64,000 nucleotides of DNA from a virus. Its lineage: Duplodnaviria; Caudoviricetes. The translations under genes and the position numbers were made by a program. Location: positions 1 through 64,000 of IMG/VR virus record IMGVR_UViG_2974555739_000001, one strand, 5' to 3'. The notes beneath the pieces are model-generated. The model was not told where the DNA came from and ran no database searches. It worked only from the letters and a program-made list of their open reading frames with translations. Of the stretch, positions 7,737-15,772 are shown piece after piece; position 1 is the stretch's first letter; the number at the start of each line of letters is the position of its first letter.

Positions 7737-8436
7737 CGAATTCTTGGATCAGATCGAAGAGTTCAATTCAGTTAATGAAAAGGTTCTCTTCTGTCAAAGC
7801 ATTATCGAAAATTCTTCAAACGATGAAGTTGTAAAATCGGCTCAATCTTTCCTAGATTATACTAGAGATTGGGCTGTTTCTATGATTGAAAAGATTAAAG
7901 AAGGCGATGAAAATGCTTTTGACGAACTAATTAACGTTAAAGATATGCGAAACTTCATCCATCATTATGCTTATCATATCGATAAATTTCATCACTTTAA
8001 TTTTGACACAAATGAAATTGTTAATGAAATTGTTGTACAAATGTTTTATCACGTCAAAAAGAATTACCGTATATATCACGAACCGCATGAATTAAGTTTG
8101 CTTATTGTAAGTATGCGCGGCTGGATCAGACAAAAGGTTTCTAAAATCCTTGTCGATAACAATGTAGCTGATAGCCATGAAGAATTTAACGAACGATCTG
8201 TTTCTGAAAAATGGAAAGATGAATCAGATATTACCCTGGAAGAAGTTTTAGAAAAGTGTCTAACTGATGATGAAAGAATCATTTTTGATTTGCGCTTTCA
8301 TGATGATTTAACATTCGTGAAGATGGGCGAACAAATGGGTAAGAGTAAAGACACTATGCAGCGGAAATATCTTGCTATTATAGACAAAATAAAGAATTAT
8401 TTGGAAAAAGTTAGTGATAAGGAGTGGTTAGTATGA
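7726..8436 (+). CDS. Sigma70-family (ECF-like) RNA polymerase sigma factor
   Basis: GDENAFDEL region-1.2/2-like start; region 4 HTH LTDDERIIFDLRFHDDLTFVKMGEQMGKSKDTMQRK; ORF track 7642..8436, ATG 7726. Confidence 0.7.
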   Translation: MTINEFLDQIEEFNSVNEKVLFCQSIIENSSNDEVVKSAQSFLDYTRDWAVSMIEKIKEGDENAFDELINVKDMRNFIHHYAYHIDKFHHFNFDTNEIVNEIVVQMFYHVKKNYRIYHEPHELSLLIVSMRGWIRQKVSKILVDNNVADSHEEFNERSVSEKWKDESDITLEEVLEKCLTDDERIIFDLRFHDDLTFVKMGEQMGKSKDTMQRKYLAIIDKIKNYLEKVSDKEWLV

Positions 8437-8915
8437 AATTGGAAAAATTATTTGCTTTACAAAGTCAACTAGATGAACATATAATAAAAACTAAGAAGTT
8501 GACTAAAAGCCAACAAATGACCGATAAAAAGGTTATTGCGTTCAAAGTTGAATTTGGTGAATTCTTGAATGAGGTTAAGGACTTCAAGTTTTGGAGCAAC
8601 AAACCAATGTCAGAAAAGGAAGTAGTTTTGGAAGAATTTGTAGACGGTATACATTTCTTGCTTACAGTAGCCCTGGATAGAAAGTATGATCGTTTTATCC
8701 ACGAAGTTAAAGGTATCGGTTACGTAACTGTACCGCTTGATGATCTTTCATTAGGAGTATTTAACTTACCTTTGAATTCTGCTGGTGAAGTAAAGAATGC
8801 ATTCGAAATGATGCTTGCTATAGCACATAAGTTAGGGTTCAGCGAAGAGGATATTCTTGCAGCTTATGATCGTAAGAATGGAATTAACCATGATCGACAA
8901 GATCAAGGATACTGA
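8424..8915 (+). CDS. Dimeric (all-alpha) dUTPase
   Basis: LQxxLD, VEFGEFLNE, FKFW, EEFVDGIHF, AYxxKNxxNxxRQxxGY motifs. Confidence 0.85.
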   Translation: MVSMKLEKLFALQSQLDEHIIKTKKLTKSQQMTDKKVIAFKVEFGEFLNEVKDFKFWSNKPMSEKEVVLEEFVDGIHFLLTVALDRKYDRFIHEVKGIGYVTVPLDDLSLGVFNLPLNSAGEVKNAFEMMLAIAHKLGFSEEDILAAYDRKNGINHDRQDQGY

Positions 8916-8963
8916 ATTGTTTAACTAGTGTATACCCTTCTACAAATTTTTTTAAGCTTGTAT

Positions 8964-8992
8964 GCATATTTCTCTTAAATTGGGATATATTA
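8964..8992 (+). promoter_or_regulatory. Sigma-F/sigma-G-like forespore promoter
   Basis: GCATA-N14-GGATATATTA, matches sigma-F consensus GYWTA-N~15-GGnnAnAHTR. Confidence 0.6.
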
Positions 8993-9011
8993 TAAACAAC
9001 TAATAAAATTT

Positions 9012-9647
9012 GTGGAGGGATTTTTTATGAACAATACATTTGAGACAGTTGAATGGACACATGAAGAGGATGTAGAGTTAGGAGAAGTGATGTTACAAGT
9101 TATTGCTGATGGTGGAACTGTAAGAGAAGGGTTTGAAAAATACGCCAATCAGTCAGAAGTCAGAACTGTTACAGCTTCTAAATTTAGATTCTTTAGTGTA
9201 GTGAAAAAGTTGGAAGGGTATGAAGAAAGATACGAAAAAGCAAGAATTAAAGGTGAAACATTAAGAAAAGGTAAGAAGAATAAAGTGAAAGTAAAACCTT
9301 CTCAACAATTAAATATCTTTGATGAAAATTACGTTGTGAAACCTGAAGACTTTTTAACACTAGCTCAAAAGTTCGCTGAACAGCAGCAAAAGCATGATCT
9401 TGAGTTGGCCCTTACCGAAAAGGACAAGGAGATCAGCGAATTGAAAGATAAGGTTGAACAACTTCAATATAAATTAAAGCAAGCTAACATTGACATAGAT
9501 GATTTAAAAGTACAATTAGATGATAAGACAGAACAATTAAAAATAATCTCAACAGCTTTTGGAATGATTAATAACATCCAGGAGAATGAAAAAGAAAATA
9601 TAAAGCCTTACAAAATTGATAAAAACAGCATGGTAGTGACAAGTTAA
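9012..9647 (+). CDS. rsfA: RsfA-family (prespore) transcriptional regulator homologue (ATG 9027)
   Basis: WTHEEDVELGEVMLQVIADGGTVREGFE...RTVTASKFRFFSVV aligns by eye with the RsfA N-domain pattern (W...D..L...VL..I..G.T....FE....RT..A..FR...VV); C-terminal coiled coil. Confidence 0.7.
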   Translation: MEGFFMNNTFETVEWTHEEDVELGEVMLQVIADGGTVREGFEKYANQSEVRTVTASKFRFFSVVKKLEGYEERYEKARIKGETLRKGKKNKVKVKPSQQLNIFDENYVVKPEDFLTLAQKFAEQQQKHDLELALTEKDKEISELKDKVEQLQYKLKQANIDIDDLKVQLDDKTEQLKIISTAFGMINNIQENEKENIKPYKIDKNSMVVTS

Positions 9648-9678
9648 GTCCTCTTCCTTCTTGGGAGGGGCTTTTTTT
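9647..9678 (+). terminator. Rho-independent terminator
   Basis: AGTCCTCTTCC/GGGAGGGGCT stem plus T7. Confidence 0.8.
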
Positions 9679-9687
9679 ATTTGTGTA

Positions 9688-9717
9688 CATAAAAAAGTAC
9701 AACACTTCTGTATTAAT
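9688..9717 (+). promoter_or_regulatory. Putative phage late promoter
   Basis: CATAAA-N16-GTATTAAT, member of recurrent motif. Confidence 0.6.
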
Positions 9718-9748
9718 GGTTGTAACTATTAATTAAAGGTGGTGTATT

Positions 9749-10024
9749 GTGGTGGAATGTGAAGTGTTCAGAACAAAAGAGGAAGAATTTAGAGCTTCTT
9801 TGCAAAATTGGGGTGAGGATATTGATAACCGCCCATTCATTCGTGTAAAAGAGAACAAAAGACAGGATGCTATTGATTATAAATTAAAACACAAAAGAAT
9901 CCTGGAAGAAAAATTAGAAGTATCTAGGATTACAGGAGATAGTCTTGACAACATTAATTTAATTGGTGCTTTTGGTGATGTTTATTCAAATATAGGCAAC
10001 ATAAGAGAATTTGGAGGTAAGTAA
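9749..10024 (+). CDS. Hypothetical protein
   Basis: ORF with AAAGGTGG RBS. Confidence 0.55.
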   Translation: MVECEVFRTKEEEFRASLQNWGEDIDNRPFIRVKENKRQDAIDYKLKHKRILEEKLEVSRITGDSLDNINLIGAFGDVYSNIGNIREFGGK

Positions 10025-10799
10025 AATGATGAATTATAAACGCATTGAATTAAAAGGTAAAATCAAACATTTAGATGTTATGTTATTTTCTGATTGGCAC
10101 GTAGGATCGTCCGGATGTGATGAAAGTCTGATTGATAAATTAATCGCTCACGCTTTAAAAAATCAAGAAACAACACGTATTATTATTAATGGTGATTTAC
10201 TCGAAAATGCTACAAGATATTCTGTTGGATCAGGTGTTTATGAACAAACAATGTCACCACAACAGCAATTAGATTACGCTGTAAAGAAATTAAAACCTGT
10301 TGCTCATTTGATTGATGGTTTCATCGTCGGAAATCACACAGAACGAACTAAAAAAGAAGTAGGTATTGATTTAGGGAAAGTTTTCTCTGATATGTTAGGG
10401 ATTGAATACTTGGGTTATAGAGCTGTTGTCCATTATAGTATTAATAAGAATAGTTACCCTATTATGTTGTGGCATGGAGCTGGATCAGGTTCTACTACAG
10501 CAGCTATCGAAAGACGTTTAGGTACAATGGATAAAGTTTGCCCTGATGCAATGGTTTATGTTATATCTCACTTCCATAAACCACTTCATTTCCAAAAGAA
10601 TGTTTATCGTGTGGACAAGTTTAATCATAAATTACGTTTAGAAAACATTCACTACATTTGTACTAATACGGCCCTTATGACTCACGGATATGCTGATATG
10701 GCTGGATTCAGTGTCGGAACAACATCACAACCTATTGTAAGGTTAGGTGGTAAAGCAGCTAAAAAAGAGGTTAAAGTTAAGTGGATTGAAGGTATTTAA
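10011..10799 (+). CDS. Calcineurin-like metallophosphoesterase
   Basis: DWH, GD, GNH, HG, SHFH motifs in canonical order. Confidence 0.85.
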   Translation: MEVSKMMNYKRIELKGKIKHLDVMLFSDWHVGSSGCDESLIDKLIAHALKNQETTRIIINGDLLENATRYSVGSGVYEQTMSPQQQLDYAVKKLKPVAHLIDGFIVGNHTERTKKEVGIDLGKVFSDMLGIEYLGYRAVVHYSINKNSYPIMLWHGAGSGSTTAAIERRLGTMDKVCPDAMVYVISHFHKPLHFQKNVYRVDKFNHKLRLENIHYICTNTALMTHGYADMAGFSVGTTSQPIVRLGGKAAKKEVKVKWIEGI

Positions 10800-10851
10800 T
10801 TAGTAATATTAACCACGATTATTAAAGTTATATTACATTTTTGGAAAAACC

Positions 10852-10881
10852 GAGAAATAGGTACAACTTTATGGTATTTTA
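10852..10881 (+). promoter_or_regulatory. Putative phage late promoter
   Basis: GAGAAA-N16-GTATTTTA. Confidence 0.55.
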
Positions 10882-11053
10882 ATTATAGATTATTTTATAT
10901 TATAGTTAATAATAATTAAGTTAATAACAATTAGAATTGCATTCAGCAATCGAAAATCAAAAGATTTCCGATATAGTTATTAAGTAATTATAGTTAAAGT
11001 AAATGTTATTAAATATATATAATAGTCAATAATAACGATAGGGGAAAGACAAC

Positions 11054-11680
11054 ATGAAAAAACTTACACAAGTCGGTATCATATCGTCTGTACTACTAAG
11101 TTTCGGTTTTGCTGCTAATGCTGAAGCTTCAGAAACACACACTGTTAGAAGCGGTGATACAATGAATAAAATCGCAGCTGCTAATGGTATGGGACTGGAT
11201 CAGCTAATCGCTAAGAATCCACAAATTCCAAATCCTAATATGATTTATGCAGGACAAGCTGTAAATGTAGGAGAACAAACTTCTGTTCCTGCTGCTACAA
11301 CCACCACAACTTCTTCAGGTGGTATTTCTTCCAGTGAAAAAGATTTAATGGCACGTTTGGTTAGAGCTGAAGCTCAAGGAGAACCATACGCCGGTAAAGT
11401 AGCTGTAGCAACAGTTATTCTAAATCGTGTTTCTAATGCTGATTTCCCTAATACAATCAGTGGAGTAATTAATCAACCTGGACAGTTTTCACCTGTTTCT
11501 AATGGTCAGATTAACAAAGCTGCTGATAATGATTCAGTTAGGGCCGTTAATGAAGCTATCGCTAATAGAGGTCAAGGTGCTGGATCACTTTTCTTCTATA
11601 ATCCGAAAACAAGCACGAATACATGGATTACACATCGTCCGGTTACTGTAGTAATCGCTAATCATACGTTTGCTAAATGA
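11054..11680 (+). CDS. Secreted LysM + SleB/CwlJ-family (Hydrolase_2) cell-wall hydrolase
   Basis: Signal peptide (AxA/AEA); LysM HTVRSGDTMNKIA; catalytic LVRAEAQGE, AVATVILNR, QFSPV, FFYNP, HTF. Confidence 0.9.
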   Translation: MKKLTQVGIISSVLLSFGFAANAEASETHTVRSGDTMNKIAAANGMGLDQLIAKNPQIPNPNMIYAGQAVNVGEQTSVPAATTTTTSSGGISSSEKDLMARLVRAEAQGEPYAGKVAVATVILNRVSNADFPNTISGVINQPGQFSPVSNGQINKAADNDSVRAVNEAIANRGQGAGSLFFYNPKTSTNTWITHRPVTVVIANHTFAK

Positions 11681-11700
11681 TAGATGACCTTTAGTTGAAC

Positions 11701-11714
11701 CGAACTTATGTTTG
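11701..11714. promoter_or_regulatory. LexA (Cheo/SOS)-box-like palindrome
   Basis: CGAAC-TTAT-GTTTG vs Bacillus consensus CGAAC-N4-GTTYG. Confidence 0.4.
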
Positions 11715-11733
11715 AATAACTAAAGTTGAACTT

Positions 11734-11763
11734 GATAAAAATTCCCAACGTACAGGTATTAAT
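11734..11763 (+). promoter_or_regulatory. Putative phage late promoter
   Basis: GATAAA-N16-GTATTAAT. Confidence 0.65.
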
Positions 11764-11815
11764 CTTTATAGATTAACGCTTGTGCGTTTTTATTTTGTTC
11801 AAAGGAGTGAATTAT

Positions 11816-12685
11816 ATGAGTGAAAATAATTTCCAGGTCTTTCTTACTAGGGATGACAAAGAATTCAAAACAAATGTCACACTAGGTAAAGTCAACACAA
11901 AAGATTACGATTTGGAACTGTTGGAATTAGCTGAACAACGTGTACAGAAAGGTACGAATAAGTCCATTGAAACAGCACTCAAAAGCCTTGTTCATTTAAA
12001 GAAAGGTAAAGCTTCTATTGGTAGAAAGTCTGATCCAAATGAGCTTGAGCTTGATGAATATGGTTTGCATCCGGACTTATACACACCTCAACAAATGAGT
12101 CTTATCCGAAAAATCATTGAATCATATTATGCGACTGCTGATGTTTCAACACCTTTCCAACAATCAGGTGTAATTCGTTTAGCGAAGCTTGAAGCTAATA
12201 TTGCTGAAGTTGAAATTCTTGTCGCTAAGAAAAAATTGAAAGAAGATATCGAAAAGCTTGAGAAGTTAAATACAATGCACCTTAAATTGTCAGATAGTTT
12301 GAAATTAACAACCAAACAAGCTTCTGATGGTGCTAAAGGTGAAGACATTCTTTCTAATGCTTGCATTGCATTTGAAGAAACATTCGCTAATGATAAATTC
12401 GAATTCCCTAGCATTGAATTAAGGGATCGTTTGCAAGAAGTTCTCATTTCAAAAGCTGATCTTATCGTAAAACTCATTGGTGAGTCCAAAACTTACTACC
12501 ATTTCAAAAAGGCATTAATTGAAAGTACCGGCCTGGAAATGTCCGATGCAGAAGATATTGGTGAGTTTACAATCGCTGAATTATTTGATTGCTTCAAAAT
12601 CTTCGAAGACAGACAAATGATCGAAAATAAAAACGAAGTCACTTATGATGATTCTATCGTTCATAGGAAATCGGAGGGGTTGTGA
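11816..12685 (+). CDS. Putative terminase small subunit / packaging protein
   Basis: Position directly before terL; AAAGGAG RBS at ATG 11816; no recognisable motif. Confidence 0.45.
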   Translation: MSENNFQVFLTRDDKEFKTNVTLGKVNTKDYDLELLELAEQRVQKGTNKSIETALKSLVHLKKGKASIGRKSDPNELELDEYGLHPDLYTPQQMSLIRKIIESYYATADVSTPFQQSGVIRLAKLEANIAEVEILVAKKKLKEDIEKLEKLNTMHLKLSDSLKLTTKQASDGAKGEDILSNACIAFEETFANDKFEFPSIELRDRLQEVLISKADLIVKLIGESKTYYHFKKALIESTGLEMSDAEDIGEFTIAELFDCFKIFEDRQMIENKNEVTYDDSIVHRKSEGL

Positions 12686-12689
12686 TTGA

Positions 12690-14336
12690 ATGCGTAGAAT
12701 AACAATGGACTATAACCCTAGTCCTTTAAATAAGAATCGAAGACAATACATTCGTGATTTCCGTAAAGGTGTAAGAAAACAGCACGTCGATTATATTGAT
12801 CTTATTTGGTACTACAGAACACATCCTGTGGAAGCTTGCCAAGACCTATTAAAGATCAATCTAATGCCATATCAGAAAGAAATCCTTCGTAAAAGTTGGG
12901 GTAAAGCTTTCCCATTGTGGGTAATGTCTCGTGGTAGCGGTAAATCATATTTAGCTGCTATTGATATGGGCCTTAACGTTCTTTTATTCCCACGTATGCG
13001 CGTAGGGATTATAGCGCCTTCTTATCGTCAATCAAAATTCTTGTTCTTGAAATTTAAAGAAGAAGTTTATGATCGTTCGCCGCTGATCCGCAAGCAATGT
13101 GTTAAAGCTCCATCTACAGGTATGGAACAGTGTATCGTTCACTTTAAAAACGGTTCTTTCATCCAGGCTTTACCGTTTGGTGCAAATAGTGGCGGTGCTA
13201 ATATCCGTGGTCAACGTTATAACTTAGTTTACGTAGATGAATATGCAGCAATTGACGAACACATTGTACGTCTAGTAGTAGAACCGATGTTAACAGTTAA
13301 ACGTAACTTCGATCCTAACAATCCTGAAGCTTCAGATTCAAACAGAATCGTTATTTTCTCTTCAGCATACTATACGTTCAATCACTTCTACAACACCACA
13401 CAACGCTATTTAAACCGCGTTAAAAACGGTGATGATGACTACTATGTTGCTATCGTAGATTACCGTATGCCATTGAAGTACGGATTGTATGATGAAAAGG
13501 CTATTGCAAAGGCGAAACGCGATAATACTGAAGGAGATTTCTTGATGGAGTACGCTTCTGTATTCCAGGCTGAATCAATGGGAACATGGATACCAACATC
13601 ATTATTTGACAGAAAGATCGTATTCGATCAGAACCTTGAACCTATGACTGAAGGAAATCCAAATAAAAAGTATTGGCTGCTTTGTGACTTCTCTATCTCA
13701 AAAGCTGATACCGCTGATAATACAACGTTCCTTGTAGCTGAATATGAAGAGTCCGGACAAGCTAAAATAGTTAGTCTGAAGGCTCAAAAAGGTATGGAGC
13801 TTCATGAAATCCATGCTGAAATCCGTGACATTTACAGACGTTTCAATTTAACAAACGTTACGATGGATGGTGAGAAATTAGGTCTAGCTATCAAAGGTTA
13901 TTTAGGTCAACCATACATTTGTCCAAAAACAGGTGTTGAAATGCCGCCTATGATCGATGTAGAAGATGCTAAACATCAACCTGATATCGTCGGTGACAAA
14001 ATCCTTAACCTAATTAGACATAGCAGCGAACTTAACCACATTCTAGGTCTATCAGCTAAACGCATGGTGGAACAAGGAAAATTAATTATGCCTGTTCTTC
14101 AAGATCGTCACGAAGAAACAGAAATCGAAATGATGTTCCTGGATATGATCGCTCTCAAGAAAGAGGTAACGAACATCAAAGCTGTTCCAAATGGAATGTA
14201 TTATAAATTTGAACAAGAAAAGAATTCAGGTCTTAAACGTGATAGATGGACGGTGTTTTCTTACCTTTGTAAAACGCTTGAGGATCATTTAAACAAAGAA
14301 GATGAAGAATTTTTCTACTTAGATGTTATTTCTTGA
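12690..14336 (+). CDS. terL: Terminase large subunit
   Basis: PYQ adenine motif, Walker A SRGSGKS, Walker B VYVDE, RNase H-like CDF...D...DG...DRW. Confidence 0.92.
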   Translation: MRRITMDYNPSPLNKNRRQYIRDFRKGVRKQHVDYIDLIWYYRTHPVEACQDLLKINLMPYQKEILRKSWGKAFPLWVMSRGSGKSYLAAIDMGLNVLLFPRMRVGIIAPSYRQSKFLFLKFKEEVYDRSPLIRKQCVKAPSTGMEQCIVHFKNGSFIQALPFGANSGGANIRGQRYNLVYVDEYAAIDEHIVRLVVEPMLTVKRNFDPNNPEASDSNRIVIFSSAYYTFNHFYNTTQRYLNRVKNGDDDYYVAIVDYRMPLKYGLYDEKAIAKAKRDNTEGDFLMEYASVFQAESMGTWIPTSLFDRKIVFDQNLEPMTEGNPNKKYWLLCDFSISKADTADNTTFLVAEYEESGQAKIVSLKAQKGMELHEIHAEIRDIYRRFNLTNVTMDGEKLGLAIKGYLGQPYICPKTGVEMPPMIDVEDAKHQPDIVGDKILNLIRHSSELNHILGLSAKRMVEQGKLIMPVLQDRHEETEIEMMFLDMIALKKEVTNIKAVPNGMYYKFEQEKNSGLKRDRWTVFSYLCKTLEDHLNKEDEEFFYLDVIS

Positions 14337-14364
14337 GAAATTTGGTACAAACCGCTGTATTAAT
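14335..14364 (+). promoter_or_regulatory. Putative phage late promoter (head operon)
   Basis: GAGAAA-N16-GTATTAAT. Confidence 0.7.
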
Positions 14365-14400
14365 GACTTTAGTTAAGCGGATAGAAGGGAGGTTAGATGT

Positions 14401-15753
14401 TTGGAAGAAGAATTAGCAAATGGAAGTTATAAACCCAAACTACCTGATACAATCGCTTCTCATGATAAAGAAGGCTATGATCGAATTGCTTCTGTATCTA
14501 ATGTTAAATACGAAAGCAACGAACTATTAGCTGATTATCAAAACAACTTCAAGAAAATTGTTCAATTGGCCCACTTCTACACCGATAAGGTAGGTGTTAT
14601 CAAATCAGCTATTCGTGTTTATGTAACGTTTACTGCTGGTGACATCGTTTTAGATGGTGGACAAAAGAAAAACCTTGAGTTTATAGAAGAATTCAATAAG
14701 AAGGTTAAAATGAATAAGGTTGTTCGTCAATCTACTCAAGACCTTTACAAAACTGGAAACTTCTTTTGGTATCGTGAAACTGAAGGTTCTGAAACTGTTT
14801 GGATTCATCAGTTCGCACCAATTGATACTAACTTAAAGGGCCATCGTCGAGATCGTCCAATTATGACAGTCAGTTTAAATACTGATCCGGAAACAATCCC
14901 ACCTGGTCTTACTCGTAATGCTATAGGTGAGTATAGCGTACCAATCGATAAAGCTTACCATTGTGCTATTGATCGTGAAGCCTATACACGATACGGAAAA
15001 ACAATTCTAACTCCCACATTTGAACCTGTACAACATATACAAGAGCTGATGGATATGGAGAAAGAAACTGTAAAAGAAGTTGTTGAATTCTTAATCATCT
15101 TTACTTTAGGTGACAAAGATCGTCCAGCTGGTGAAAAGCAATTAACACAGTTAAGCGAAAAAGTCAAAAACCTCAAGTCAACTTCACGTCTAGTTGGTAA
15201 TCACACTTTGAAAGCTGATGCAATTAAGCCTGACTTAGCTGTTTTCAATCCTGAAAAGTATGAAGTGCCGATGCAGATGTTATTACAGTCACTAGGAATT
15301 GTTCCTTCTATTTTCACCGGTGAAGGCTCATATGCAACTAGTTCTGTTGGTATGCAGAGTGCTAAACAGACGATGGAATCAGCAAGGAAAGAAATTGTTG
15401 AAGCATTGACTGATTTATATAGAGACGTTGCGAAAGAAGCAGGATTAAATCCTGACAAAAATCCAACAGTTTCATTAGGATCAATTGCACTTAATGACGA
15501 GAAAATCAAACATGCTATTCTTCGTGATCTATACCTTGATGGTATCATTTCTGCTGAAACATATGCAGCTGAAAGTGGTTACGATTTAGAGCATGAGCAA
15601 ATGGAAATCAAAGATGAAAACAGCAAGTTTGACATTCAACCACGTCAAATGTCTTCTACCCTTTCTAATAAAGATGGTGGTAGACCTGAAGAGGATGGAG
15701 AAGTCAACAAGCCTGACCAAAGCAAGAAACCTTCATCTGATGGTATGGACTAA
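14401..15753 (+). CDS. Portal protein
   Basis: 450 aa, between terL and protease; helical with acidic low-complexity tail. Confidence 0.8.
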   Translation: MEEELANGSYKPKLPDTIASHDKEGYDRIASVSNVKYESNELLADYQNNFKKIVQLAHFYTDKVGVIKSAIRVYVTFTAGDIVLDGGQKKNLEFIEEFNKKVKMNKVVRQSTQDLYKTGNFFWYRETEGSETVWIHQFAPIDTNLKGHRRDRPIMTVSLNTDPETIPPGLTRNAIGEYSVPIDKAYHCAIDREAYTRYGKTILTPTFEPVQHIQELMDMEKETVKEVVEFLIIFTLGDKDRPAGEKQLTQLSEKVKNLKSTSRLVGNHTLKADAIKPDLAVFNPEKYEVPMQMLLQSLGIVPSIFTGEGSYATSSVGMQSAKQTMESARKEIVEALTDLYRDVAKEAGLNPDKNPTVSLGSIALNDEKIKHAILRDLYLDGIISAETYAAESGYDLEHEQMEIKDENSKFDIQPRQMSSTLSNKDGGRPEEDGEVNKPDQSKKPSSDGMD

Positions 15754-15772
15754 TGAAGGGAGGTGAACGAAA

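Noticed and set aside
10882-11053. c-di-AMP (ydaO) riboswitch in the leader of the cell-wall hydrolase
   Set aside because: Context is suggestive, but the conserved ydaO sequence motifs are absent
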